The position numbers and the translations under genes are program-made. Of a DNA stretch of 64,000 nucleotides, positions 41,501 through 49,871 are shown piece by piece. The stretch is from NCBI GenBank assembly GCA_943787795.1, contig CALSNU010000001.1, forward strand, positions 992,001 to 1,056,000. The letters run 5' to 3'. This stretch comes from an uncultured bacterium (lineage in GTDB: Bacteria; Planctomycetota; UBA1135; GCA-002686595). Numbering within the stretch: the first letter of the stretch is position 1; each line of letters starts with the position of its first letter. The notes under the pieces were generated by a model. That model saw only the letters and a program-made list of their open reading frames with translations, searched no databases and had not been told where the DNA came from.

Positions 41501-41579
41501 CGAGTTCCTCTGGAGCGACATCGAGCGGGAGCATGAGCTGGCCGGGTTTGCGGCTGCCGTGACCTTCACGCTCGACTGA
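38565..41579 (+). CDS. Large lipoprotein with bacterial Ig-like domains
   Basis: Lipobox LVSS-C; 'PVFLEFSESL', 'IVIGFDRRM', 'DRAGN', 'DVAGN' Ig-like signatures. Confidence 0.8.
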   Translation: MLDRRPLPGALLLAALGLGLVSSCDNPTCVFVDGCTGSNSGNGPGGLGNSGATFPEDGAFMSAGAPTLVAAAPQIQDLHPRSPVFLEFSESLSPDGLSEAFRVLDVVFQQEVPLAPAGLVGNGRVVALTPAAGYLPDRQYQLLYNSEAKITDLNGERLVVNANEVLLDFAVVDAALIPEPRLLYSFPPDLTTLQGDASEIVIGFDRRMETSTFSEDTFDVLIDGLPPAFDPAPEALPLGASGLGFGVTQVWQWISKDADGRVVPLGADVRVQVKLAQGAEELTSEEGDPLPPSETEFQTLGLSLAADVQKVAGAGSPDTFSAADVFGGTPIVEVSLSQPAPSGVTAEAFLFGTSPDNAELLKATAVSLDFPEGTSALTLTASQLGMVDSLGDAEFADGDFECAVQLRRFGSPTGARLFDADPSTDVADRPYFDTVAPILLGLGAAGADVSSFLGDLRDLAIVGRASEPVAFAFVDSGGSGTNGGSLADPPQTAFSGPVDASGEALFITSAVPLGAVNPSSGGVNYDLSIFDRAGNSTTVAASGTFFQRGVIGPGADPTGGSVQVRVYDRRSLRGVNDITVYSHAENGGAVSFVDSDTTSIIGLAVVNGAPAGNTVITVDAPGYDLFTFHGIPRTSLEVLLDVSSEPAAAVQGQVTSVFPTGNFSGATTKVADTRAPRLLRLSDVSLCSPNSNATLFECNYGPVLIEGSELGAISFLATQDDLPQLSFNPITYLRGYGLNAPQLPVVAGETALDVNIDAGDQLAFSAPGLQPFALAPHVLDVSGLVNLGAPSEAPSITAEAVATGLAGPLVVGRANPYPLGGGGTTWTALGAATGLANAGGELVARGSIEGDLLLRAAVKDVAGNEVSARPRLSTSGNQLSPIDVPRLLSPSPGGNAGPAAFNLIIEDTLPDSAGGDGIAEVQLTSSTGRKWRLWTLDSSDASGDLLLSAPDIAAEGGTSLAPGILSAEVTLWGWNFNRDEFLWSDIEREHELAGFAAAVTFTLD

Positions 41580-41858
41580 ATCGATCTTCCAGGCCGACTC
41601 GGCGGCGCGAGCGGTCCTCTCTGGCTGTCCCCAGTGGCGGCTCCCGCGGCCCAGCGGAGGCCGTTTGCTGGCCACCGACGGGCCGTCAGGCGGCCCGGGA
41701 GAGGGGGCAGGGAGTGGTCCAGGGGCCGGCCGAGAGCCTCCCCTGGCTGGCCGAGGGTCGGACTTGGCCCAGCCGCCCGGCCGCTCTTGGTCGAACGTGG
41801 CGCCGGAACGGGCACAGGACCCTCGAAATCCCGCGGTCGCTTCCCGTAGCATCTGCCC

Positions 41859-42503
41859 ATGCAGAGCGCGATTCGAACCCTCACCGTTGTTGCGGTCCTC
41901 GTCGGGGGCGGGGCCGCTTGCCAGACCACGCCGACCCTCAGGGGCTCGGGAGTGGAGACCACCTCGATCGGAGATCTGGCCTCGGTCAATCCGGTGGACA
42001 TCGCCGTGCTCCCCATCGAGGTGGCCCCGGGTGCTTCCGAGGCTCCTGTCTCGATGATCCGTGCGTCCTCGGCGAAGGCGCTGGTGCGTCGCAAGTATTC
42101 GCCGCTCGCCATGGACGTCGTGGATGAGACCATCGCCCAGGAGGCCCCGCAGGGGACCCAGGGTGGGGGAGTGCAGGAAGCGAGCTACTCTCCGGGGGCC
42201 CTCGGCGAAGACGCGCTTCTTGAGGTCATCGTGGAGCGCTGGGACATGCCCGATTGGACGGCGCTTCGGTCGATCGACGCGGCGCTCACGGCACGGCTGA
42301 TCGACCCCCGTGACCCGACGGGACCTGTCCTTTGGGAGGCGCGGCTGGACCGTCAGTTCCGCTTCTCGCTGGAGAGCGGGACGGCCAGTAGCACCGACCG
42401 TGACCTCCGCGCCGCCTGTGACGACATCCTGCGGATCTTGATCTCGACCCTCCCCGGGAGGACCCTCGAGCCCGGGTTCGTGGAAGAGCTCACGGGGAAC
42501 TAG
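41859..42503 (+). CDS. Lipoprotein (DUF799/GNA1162-like fold possible)
   Basis: Lipobox GAA-C; 'DIAVLP', 'DALLEVIVERWD', 'ARLIDP...GPVLWE'. Confidence 0.7.
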   Translation: MQSAIRTLTVVAVLVGGGAACQTTPTLRGSGVETTSIGDLASVNPVDIAVLPIEVAPGASEAPVSMIRASSAKALVRRKYSPLAMDVVDETIAQEAPQGTQGGGVQEASYSPGALGEDALLEVIVERWDMPDWTALRSIDAALTARLIDPRDPTGPVLWEARLDRQFRFSLESGTASSTDRDLRAACDDILRILISTLPGRTLEPGFVEELTGN

Positions 42504-42782
42504 GTCCCAAGATGCGCGCTGGGCTCGCCTCCGGGAGGGCCAAGAGCTTCTCTGGAGGGGACTCTGGGAGAGGCTCCATCCCCGAGGTCTGACCCCCGCC
42601 TCCCCGGAAGAGCATGGGCCCGGTGCTGCCCGTCGCCAGGGGAGCCGGGGCTCACACCGGGGTGGCCCGGCCTGGCTTCTGGCGGAAATGGCGCCTGCGG
42701 AGCCCTTCGGACGACCCAGGGGGCTAAGGTATTCGCCCAAAGAGGCGCGCCAATCCAACTCCGCACCCCGCGACCGCAGTTC

Positions 42783-42871
42783 TCACCCCCCCGATCGGCG
42801 GGTGAATCTTCGGACGGGGCAAGTCCGCTCTTCTGATCCTCCTCGCCGCCTCTTCGCCGGGATCAGAGAGC
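42783..42871 (+). promoter_or_regulatory. Structured rpsO leader (candidate S15 autoregulatory element)
   Basis: Three successive stems: TCACCC/GGGTGA, CGGAC/GTCCG, GCTC-TCTGATCC/GGATCAGA-GAGC, ending about 20 nt before the ATG. Confidence 0.4.
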
Positions 42872-42892
42872 ACAGCTACAAGCTCTGAACCC

Positions 42893-43162
42893 ATGGCAAT
42901 TGCCACCGATCGAAAGGCCGAGATCATCAAGGAGTTCGCGAATGCGGACGGTGACACCGGCTCCCCCGAGGTCCAGGTCGCGCTCCTCACCGAGGACATC
43001 CGCTGCCTCACCGAGCACCTGAAGGTGCACCGCAAGGACTTCACCTCCCGGCGCGGCCTGCTCGTCAAGGTCGGCCGCCGTACCAAGCTGCTGCGCTACC
43101 TGCGCGATCGCTCCCCTGAGAGCTACGCGCAGCTGATCGGCCGCCTCGGCCTGCGCCGCTGA
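42893..43162 (+). CDS. rpsO: 30S ribosomal protein S15
   Basis: '[13 protein letters not shown]', '[16 protein letters not shown]', 89 aa. Confidence 0.99.
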   Translation: MAIATDRKAEIIKEFANADGDTGSPEVQVALLTEDIRCLTEHLKVHRKDFTSRRGLLVKVGRRTKLLRYLRDRSPESYAQLIGRLGLRR

Positions 43163-43438
43163 TCCTCCCCTCGGACGCCCACATCCTCGATCCAACGTCA
43201 TCCCCTCGAGCGCCCCGTAATCCTGGGCGGCCCAACATTGGTGGGCAGGGGCGGGCAGTGCACTTCGAGGCAGTGGGGATCCGAACCCGGAGGCGTTGCC
43301 GGCACCGGCCGACGCCGTGCGAGCCGCGTCACGTGCGCGGCCCGCTGGCGACCTGAAGATCCTGCTGCAGCCCTTGGGCTGCGCTCTGAATCGATCCGTA
43401 CAACCCACTGTTATTAGCAAGAAAGACACCGAGGCGAG

Positions 43439-45673
43439 ATGAGCCTCACCAACATCATGAGCACGAAACCGACACGAGTCGAAGCAACGATTGCTGGCCG
43501 GAAGCTGACGCTGGAGACGGGCCAGGTGGCCCGCCAGGCCGGCGGCGCAGTGATCGCCACCCTTGGCGACACCCGCTGCTTCGCAGCCGCGACGGCCGGC
43601 AACGCCCGGGACGACATCGACTTCTTCCCCCTGGTCTGCGACTACCGCGAGAAGACCGAGGCGGCGGGCAAGATCCCCGGCGGCTTCTTCAAGCGCGAGG
43701 GACGTCCGACCACCAAGGAGATCCTCACCATGCGTCTGATCGATCGCTCGATCCGGCCCATGTTCGCCGAGGGCTTCAAGGCCGAGGTGCAGGTCATGAC
43801 GAGCGTCATGCAGTACGACGGGGAGAACAACCCCGACGTCGTGGCCATGATCGCCGCCTTCACGGCCATCCGCATCGCCGGAATGCCCTTCGAGACGACC
43901 CTCGGGGCCGTCCGAATCGCCCACATCGACGGCAAGCTCGTCGCCTTCCCCTCCGACACCGACCGTCGTGAGAACAGCCGCCTCGACCTCGTGGTCTCCG
44001 GCCACGAGAACGGCCTCTGCATGGTGGAGTCCTCCGCCAAGGAGCTGACCGAGGAAGAGATGATCGACGCGTTGGCCGAGGCCGAGCGTGTCGTCCAGGA
44101 GATCATCGACCTCGCCAACGAGCTCGTGGATCGCTGCGCGAAGCCGGCCATGGAGTTCACCGCTCCGAGCGTGGACGAGGACCTCAAGGCCCGCGTCTTC
44201 GACTACGAGGGTGACCTCGCTGCGGCCATGAAGACCGACGGCAAGCACGAGCGCGGCTCCGCGATGAACAACGTGAAGAAGGCGGCCGTTGCCGCCCTCA
44301 CGTCCGACTACGACGGGGATGACCTCAAGGGCCACACCAAGACCGTCAAGGAGTTCTTCGGTGACCTGAAGAAGCACTGCGAGCGTTCAGCGATCATCTC
44401 CGGTCGCCGCGTGGACGGCCGTAGCTGGGACGAGATCCGCCAGATCACGGTGGTTCCGAACTTCAACGAGCGTCAGCACGGCTCCGTGCTCTTCACCCGT
44501 GGCGAGACCCAGGCGCTGGTGAGCGCCACCCTCGGCACGCCGGACGACGAGCAGATCATCGACGGCGTGGAGGAGGAGTTCAAAAAGCACTTCTACCTGC
44601 ACTACAACTTCCCGGCGTACTCCGTCGGTGAGACCCGCCGGATCATGGGTCCGGGCCGTCGCGAGATCGGTCACGGCATGCTCGCCGAGCGTTCCCTGAA
44701 CCCGGTCCTCCCGGAGAAGGAGTCGTTCCCCTACACGATCCGCGTTGTCTCTGACATCACCGAGTCCAACGGCTCGTCGTCGATGGCCAGCGTCTGCGGC
44801 GGCTGCCTCTCCATGATGCTCGCCGGCGTCCCGCTGACCCAGCCGGTCGCGGGCATCGCGATGGGCCTCGTGCAGGAAGGCGACAAGAACGCCATCCTGT
44901 CCGACATCCTCGGCTCCGAGGACCACAGCGGTGACATGGACTTCAAGGTGGCCGGTTCCGGCGTCGGGATCACCGCCCTGCAGATGGACATCAAGATCAA
45001 GGGCGTCTCCCGCGGTCTGCTGGAGTCCGCGCTGGAGCAGGCCAAGAAGGGCCGGATTCACATCCTGCGCAAGATGCTCGAGGCCGTCCCGGCCCCGTCG
45101 TCCGAGGTCAGCCGCTTCGCTCCGCGGATGGAGACCATCAAGATTCCGAGCGATCGGATCGGCTTCCTGATCGGCCCTGGCGGCAAGAACATCCGCCAGC
45201 TCCAGGCTGACTACGGCGTCCGGATCTCCATCGTTGACGATGAGGGCCACGTCCAGATCTACGGCACCGACGCCGACAAGACCCTGGCCTGCCGCGATGC
45301 GATCTCGGCGACCATGGAGACCCCGGAGATCGGCTCGAAGTACAAGGGCACGGTCAAGAGCGTGCGCGACTTCGGGGCGTTCATCGAGATCCTCCCGGGC
45401 GTCGAGGCGCTCTGCCATATCTCCGAGCTCGGCGAGGGCTTCATCGAGCAGGTCTCGGATGTGGTCAACGTCGGCGACGAGATCGAGGTCGTGATCATCA
45501 ACGTGGATGATCGCGGGAAGATCAAGGTCTCCCACAAGGCCCTCACCCAGCCCAAGGAAGAGGGCGGTGACGGAGAAGGAGAGAGCGGGGATCGCCCGCG
45601 TCGAGGTGATCGTGAGGATGGCGAGCGTGGTGGTGGAGCCCGCCGTCGTCGCCGCCGCGCCCCGAGCCGGTGA
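43439..45673 (+). CDS. pnp: Polyribonucleotide nucleotidyltransferase
   Basis: 'FFPLVCDY', '[12 protein letters not shown]', 'RREIGHG', '[10 protein letters not shown]', 'GDMDFKVAG', KH and S1 domains. Start could be 43457. Confidence 0.99.
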   Translation: MSLTNIMSTKPTRVEATIAGRKLTLETGQVARQAGGAVIATLGDTRCFAAATAGNARDDIDFFPLVCDYREKTEAAGKIPGGFFKREGRPTTKEILTMRLIDRSIRPMFAEGFKAEVQVMTSVMQYDGENNPDVVAMIAAFTAIRIAGMPFETTLGAVRIAHIDGKLVAFPSDTDRRENSRLDLVVSGHENGLCMVESSAKELTEEEMIDALAEAERVVQEIIDLANELVDRCAKPAMEFTAPSVDEDLKARVFDYEGDLAAAMKTDGKHERGSAMNNVKKAAVAALTSDYDGDDLKGHTKTVKEFFGDLKKHCERSAIISGRRVDGRSWDEIRQITVVPNFNERQHGSVLFTRGETQALVSATLGTPDDEQIIDGVEEEFKKHFYLHYNFPAYSVGETRRIMGPGRREIGHGMLAERSLNPVLPEKESFPYTIRVVSDITESNGSSSMASVCGGCLSMMLAGVPLTQPVAGIAMGLVQEGDKNAILSDILGSEDHSGDMDFKVAGSGVGITALQMDIKIKGVSRGLLESALEQAKKGRIHILRKMLEAVPAPSSEVSRFAPRMETIKIPSDRIGFLIGPGGKNIRQLQADYGVRISIVDDEGHVQIYGTDADKTLACRDAISATMETPEIGSKYKGTVKSVRDFGAFIEILPGVEALCHISELGEGFIEQVSDVVNVGDEIEVVIINVDDRGKIKVSHKALTQPKEEGGDGEGESGDRPRRGDREDGERGGGARRRRRRAPSR

Positions 45674-45778
45674 TCGCCCCGCCGCCCTCCTGGAGGGCTC
45701 GCGGCTCCCCTGAGCCCGAGCCCCTGGCGGGTTGAGTCCCTGGCCCCGCGACCTGCGGGGTCCATCGGGCCCAAGAAT

Positions 45779-45820
45779 GCGCCCCCATCTCCGGCCATCG
45801 GAGACGGGGGCGCTGCCTTT
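45779..45820 (+). terminator. Candidate terminator hairpin after pnp
   Basis: GCGCCCCC-ATCTCC...GGAGA-CGGGGGCGC stem with a weak U tail (TGCCTTT). Confidence 0.35.
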
Positions 45821-46019
45821 GGGGCGTGGCGATTCGGGCGGGCTCTGGAGGTTTGACAGGGCCTTATCTTCAGGCAGGCCGGAATCTGAGGGTTTTTGGC
45901 AAGGTAGGCGCGTCGCTGTCGAAGATGCACATGACGGATCCTTAATCTCGGGTCCGTGTCTCGTCCGCGAGCGGACGTTCTAGAATGTCCGCCCGCTGAT
46001 ACGCGCCACCAGTCTCCGG

Positions 46020-46466
46020 TTGTTCCTCCCTTTGAAGCTCCTCTCACTCCTCATCGTGATCCTCGCGGGAATCCCCGCGAGCGCCGAGCCTCTTCTCCAC
46101 GACGCCGAGAGTGAGGCTGCGCTGGCCGTTGGAGGCCGTGACGACGGCCGTGGTACTCCTTACCACGTGAGCAAGGCAGACAACATCTGCGGGCTCGATG
46201 AGCCCCGGCAGCTCACCAACCCGGCCTCGGTGAACTACTCCGCGCTGCTCTCCGCGACCCCGGAGATCAAGAAGATCGCAAAGGACAAGATCGATCCGAC
46301 CTCCTCCGAGGGGATCACTCTGACGGCCAAGGCCCGCTCAAGGGTCCTCAGCGCATGCGAGTCCGTTCGGCAGTCCGGCGGCTACTGCAGCGTCTGGAAG
46401 ACCATCCGGCGCAAGGACAAGAGGGCCGTTCCCGACGTCACGGACGCGGTGAAGCGCCTCCTTTGA
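46020..46466 (+). CDS. Small secreted protein, Skp/OmpH-like termini without the long coiled coil
   Basis: Signal peptide; 'ASVNYSALLSATPE' and 'RVLSACESVRQSGGYCSVW...DVTDAVKRLL'. TAGAAT -10-like hexamer at 45981. Confidence 0.7.
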   Translation: MFLPLKLLSLLIVILAGIPASAEPLLHDAESEAALAVGGRDDGRGTPYHVSKADNICGLDEPRQLTNPASVNYSALLSATPEIKKIAKDKIDPTSSEGITLTAKARSRVLSACESVRQSGGYCSVWKTIRRKDKRAVPDVTDAVKRLL

Positions 46467-46482
46467 CCGGCAGGGCTCGACC

Positions 46483-48168
46483 ATGACTCGCCCCGGGGAA
46501 GGCCCCGTGCGCCCCGATGGTTGCGGCCGTGAGGGAGGGGCTCCGCGGGGGACAGGAAGTGAATGTCCGCGGGCTACCGAGGGGCGCCATGTCCTCCGTC
46601 TTTCCCGACGCGTCGCGGTCGTACCACTCGTTCTCCTGCCGCTCGCGCTGACCTCGTCCTGCCTGGGCGGTGGCGGCGACTCCCTCGAGCGCGATCGAAA
46701 GGCGCAGTCCATGTTCGAGGACCTCCTGACCCGCGGTCAAGACTCACCCGCAGGTATCGAGTCCTTCGACGAGGAGGCCGCCTTCGAGGGCCCCGAGGCG
46801 GCCTATGCCGACGACCCCGTCTCCTCGAGCGCGGGGAACTCGCTGCGCGGATCCGGCGAGAGCGCGGGCGCTGCCGTGTTGCCGCCGCCTGAGGTCATCC
46901 CGCCGACGGATCCGTCCGATCCCGCTGCGGCTGGCGAGCCCGCCCTCACCGCGGCCGCCGAGGGGGAGGAGCTCGAGTTTCTGAGCGGGTTGGTCGACGA
47001 GGACGAGCTTTCCGATCCGCCGCTCAACCCCTACCTCGAGTTCGGGCAGAACATCATCTGGTACGAGCTCCGAGAGGGGGACACCGAGCGGCTGATCATG
47101 AAGCCGTACACCTTCCCAGGCGGGACGGGATCGAAGATCTTCAGCCTCCTCCAAAGCTACGGCGCCTTCCCGCTCTTCGCTGCGGTGAAGGACGGCGCGC
47201 TCCCAGATGGGACCGGGCCACAGCCGGAGGACTCGGTGCTGCTTGATCTGAGGGAGGGCTTCTCCGTGGAGGCCTATTCCGACCCGCGCGCGTCAGGGCT
47301 TCGGGCACCCCAGTCCATCGCGCTCAGCGACGTCCTGTTCGTGACGGCCGCGGCGGATCAGCTGGCCGAGGTCGAGCATTTCATTGACCTGTTCGCGGCC
47401 GAGGTTCGGCAGATCGAGATCGAGGCGAAGATCGTCGAGGTCACGACCCGAGAGTCCCTTGACCTGGGGGTCAAGCCGGTCAATTCCTCGACGCCGATCT
47501 TCGGGTTCCCTAACCCGGGGACCTTCGTCAATCAGATCGACTTCTCCTTCGCCAACAGCACCGACGCCAGCAAGGCGCTCTTTCAGCTGGGGGCCATCTT
47601 CGACGGCGTGACGTTCAACGCGGTGCTCGAGGCGGTGGCCTCGTTCGAGAACGTCTCGATCATCTCTCGACCGAAGGTGGCGGTCCGTGAGGGGGGCCGT
47701 GCGGACATCGTGAACGTGAAACGAATCCCGTTCTACAACGTGACCGCGATCAGCGCGTCGGGCATCCCGACCACCTCCCTGCAGTTCCAGGATGTCGGGG
47801 TGCAGATGTACGTGGTGCCGCGCGTGATCGGCCGAGACACTGTCATCCTCAACATCGACATCGAGGCCTCGCAATCCACCGGTACCGCGGTGAGCTTCAC
47901 GGTGGGGGACTCGGTGATCGCCGTGCCGGAGATCTCCCGCCGCAACGCGAGGACCGTGGTTCGGCTCGAACCCGGCCAGGCCGTGATCCTCGGGGGGCTC
48001 ATCTCCGAGCGGACGGTGACGCGGGAGAGCAAGGTCCCCCTGGTCGGTGACATCCCCGTCCTCGGTGCGCTCTTCCGAAGCAAGCTGACCAGCAAGGAGC
48101 AGACCAACGTCCTGTTCTTCATTCGCCCTCGGATTCTCGAGGGGTCTGATCTGAACAGCCCCTTCTGA
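46483..48168 (+). CDS. Secretin (type II/III secretion, GspD/PilQ-like), probable lipoprotein; start uncertain
   Basis: 'RQIEIEAKIVEV', 'IISRPKV', 'DVGVQMYVVPRV', 'VILGGLI', 'KVPLVGDIPVLGALFRS', 'LFFIRPRIL'; lipobox LTSS-C. Confidence 0.92.
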   Translation: MTRPGEGPVRPDGCGREGGAPRGTGSECPRATEGRHVLRLSRRVAVVPLVLLPLALTSSCLGGGGDSLERDRKAQSMFEDLLTRGQDSPAGIESFDEEAAFEGPEAAYADDPVSSSAGNSLRGSGESAGAAVLPPPEVIPPTDPSDPAAAGEPALTAAAEGEELEFLSGLVDEDELSDPPLNPYLEFGQNIIWYELREGDTERLIMKPYTFPGGTGSKIFSLLQSYGAFPLFAAVKDGALPDGTGPQPEDSVLLDLREGFSVEAYSDPRASGLRAPQSIALSDVLFVTAAADQLAEVEHFIDLFAAEVRQIEIEAKIVEVTTRESLDLGVKPVNSSTPIFGFPNPGTFVNQIDFSFANSTDASKALFQLGAIFDGVTFNAVLEAVASFENVSIISRPKVAVREGGRADIVNVKRIPFYNVTAISASGIPTTSLQFQDVGVQMYVVPRVIGRDTVILNIDIEASQSTGTAVSFTVGDSVIAVPEISRRNARTVVRLEPGQAVILGGLISERTVTRESKVPLVGDIPVLGALFRSKLTSKEQTNVLFFIRPRILEGSDLNSPF

Positions 48169-48210
48169 GCCCGCGGGGTCGCGGGCTGGCCCCTTGCTTC
48201 CGCTGGTGAC

Positions 48211-48308
48211 TCCGGCTGGGGGCTCCGGCGGGTACTTCGGCTGGGGCTTCGGCTGGGGCTTCGGCTGGGGCTTCGGCTGGGGCTTTCGGCTGGGGCTTCG
48301 GCTGGGGC
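48211..48308. repeat. Intergenic tandem repeat, 6 x 12 bp (TTCGGCTGGGGC) plus 2 degenerate copies
   Basis: Exact copies at 48236-48308, with one extra T at 48284. Confidence 0.95.
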
Positions 48309-48477
48309 TGATTCGCCGCCGGGAGTTCCGTTGGGCGCCCTCGCTGGGCTCGCCACCGGGCCCCTGGCCGGATCTGGAATCCGGGCCTCGGCGGAGGAGC
48401 GGAGTCGAAGTGTCGGGAAGAAGGTGTCCCCCGAGGCGTATGATCTCGTCTGCGCGGCGGCCGGCCCCGCAAGAGCG

Positions 48478-49863
48478 ATGAAGATCTTCAGCAAGAGCCT
48501 CTCCGGGGCACGGGACGCGTGCCAAGGCGCGGCGCTCCTGATGGCGTTCCTGGTGCTGATCGTGATCATCGCGATCGTCTACCAGATCAACACGGTCACG
48601 CTCACCGACGAGCGGATCACCTACAACGAGATCACCAGGGCGCAGATGGACCTGGCGATCGAGTCTGTCCTCCTCCAGACCTACGAGGACCTCGCCGAGG
48701 ACGCCCGCGCGGCCCAGGCCTCCGAGGGGGAGGATCCCGCCGCGGCGGGTGGTGACCCCGGGGCCGCCTCGGAGCCTGGCGAGCCGCCGAGGAACCCCGA
48801 CACGGTCGACTCGCGCATGGACCGCTGGTACACGCCGCAGTCCACGAGCTTCGGTGACATCCAGCTGCGCATCTTCGTCCGCGACGAGAACAGCAAGTAC
48901 AACGTCCTGAACCTGCTCCAGCCGGACGAGCTGATGGCCGAGCAGGCCGTCCAACGCGTGGCGAGGATTCTGGACTATGCCCGCGGTGGTACCTCCGAGG
49001 ACATCTCGAGCGGCGATGCCGAGGAGATGGCGCTCTCCATGCAGTCTTACATGGCGGAGCGTCTGGGATCGGACCAGGTGCCCCAGCCGCGGCTGCTGAC
49101 GACGGACCTCGAGAATGAGCAGCAGTCTGTTCCCTTCACATTCAGCGAGTTTCGAACGCTGCCAGGGTTCGAGGATGTGATGTTCGAGGACTTCTTCGGC
49201 GAAGACGATGAGCGGATCCACGGCATCACGTCTTACCTGACGGTCTTTACCTCCCCGGTGGTCGGCGAGGAGGAAGAGGCCAGCGGCCTGCCTGTGGGCA
49301 ACGGCGGGTGGGGCGTGAACGTCAACACCGCGCCGTTCGCGGTCCTCTCGGGTCTCTTCTCCGGCCGTGAGTTTCCGATCTCCCTCTGGGAGGCCGTGCG
49401 AGACTACAGGAACGAGGCCGAGGACCCCCTCGAAGACGAGGAGGGCGAGGACGGCGTCGAGGACGTTGAACCGGAGCCGATGCTGGACGAGTTCGGGGAG
49501 GAGATCTTCCCCAAGCAGATCTTCGACAGCCTCGATGAGCTGGAGGAGATCTACGACTACGAGGCGCTCAACGAAGCGGAGAAGTCCCTGATCACCGAGG
49601 CGCTCGAGGTCACGAGCGATGTCTTCGAGATCGTGATCGCTGCCCGGATCTCCACCGCCTCCGATGTCAACCAGCGCCTCGAGTTCGAGTCACGGCGCGA
49701 GCAGGAGGAGTACTTTCGATCTGGTGAGCACATCGTCCGCGTGGTGCGGTCGGTGGTCTGGCGTCGCCCGGTGGACGATGACGTGATGATCGTGCCTCTC
49801 GTGAGGTGGGAGGTCCTCGACAACGCCCCGCTCCAGGTGCTCGACTTCCCGGACGAGGAGTGA
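48478..49863 (+). CDS. gspK: Type II secretion minor pseudopilin K-like protein
   Basis: Prepilin-like 'QGAALLMAFLVLIVIIAIV', 'RDENSKYNVLNL', 'VNVNTAPFAVL', 'FDSLDEL', 'VTSDVFEI'. Confidence 0.85.
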   Translation: MKIFSKSLSGARDACQGAALLMAFLVLIVIIAIVYQINTVTLTDERITYNEITRAQMDLAIESVLLQTYEDLAEDARAAQASEGEDPAAAGGDPGAASEPGEPPRNPDTVDSRMDRWYTPQSTSFGDIQLRIFVRDENSKYNVLNLLQPDELMAEQAVQRVARILDYARGGTSEDISSGDAEEMALSMQSYMAERLGSDQVPQPRLLTTDLENEQQSVPFTFSEFRTLPGFEDVMFEDFFGEDDERIHGITSYLTVFTSPVVGEEEEASGLPVGNGGWGVNVNTAPFAVLSGLFSGREFPISLWEAVRDYRNEAEDPLEDEEGEDGVEDVEPEPMLDEFGEEIFPKQIFDSLDELEEIYDYEALNEAEKSLITEALEVTSDVFEIVIAARISTASDVNQRLEFESRREQEEYFRSGEHIVRVVRSVVWRRPVDDDVMIVPLVRWEVLDNAPLQVLDFPDEE

Positions 49864-49871
49864 GGGACGGC

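Noticed and set aside
45550..45673. Arg/Gly/Glu-rich tail of PNPase
   Set aside because: Disordered charged tails are common on PNPases.
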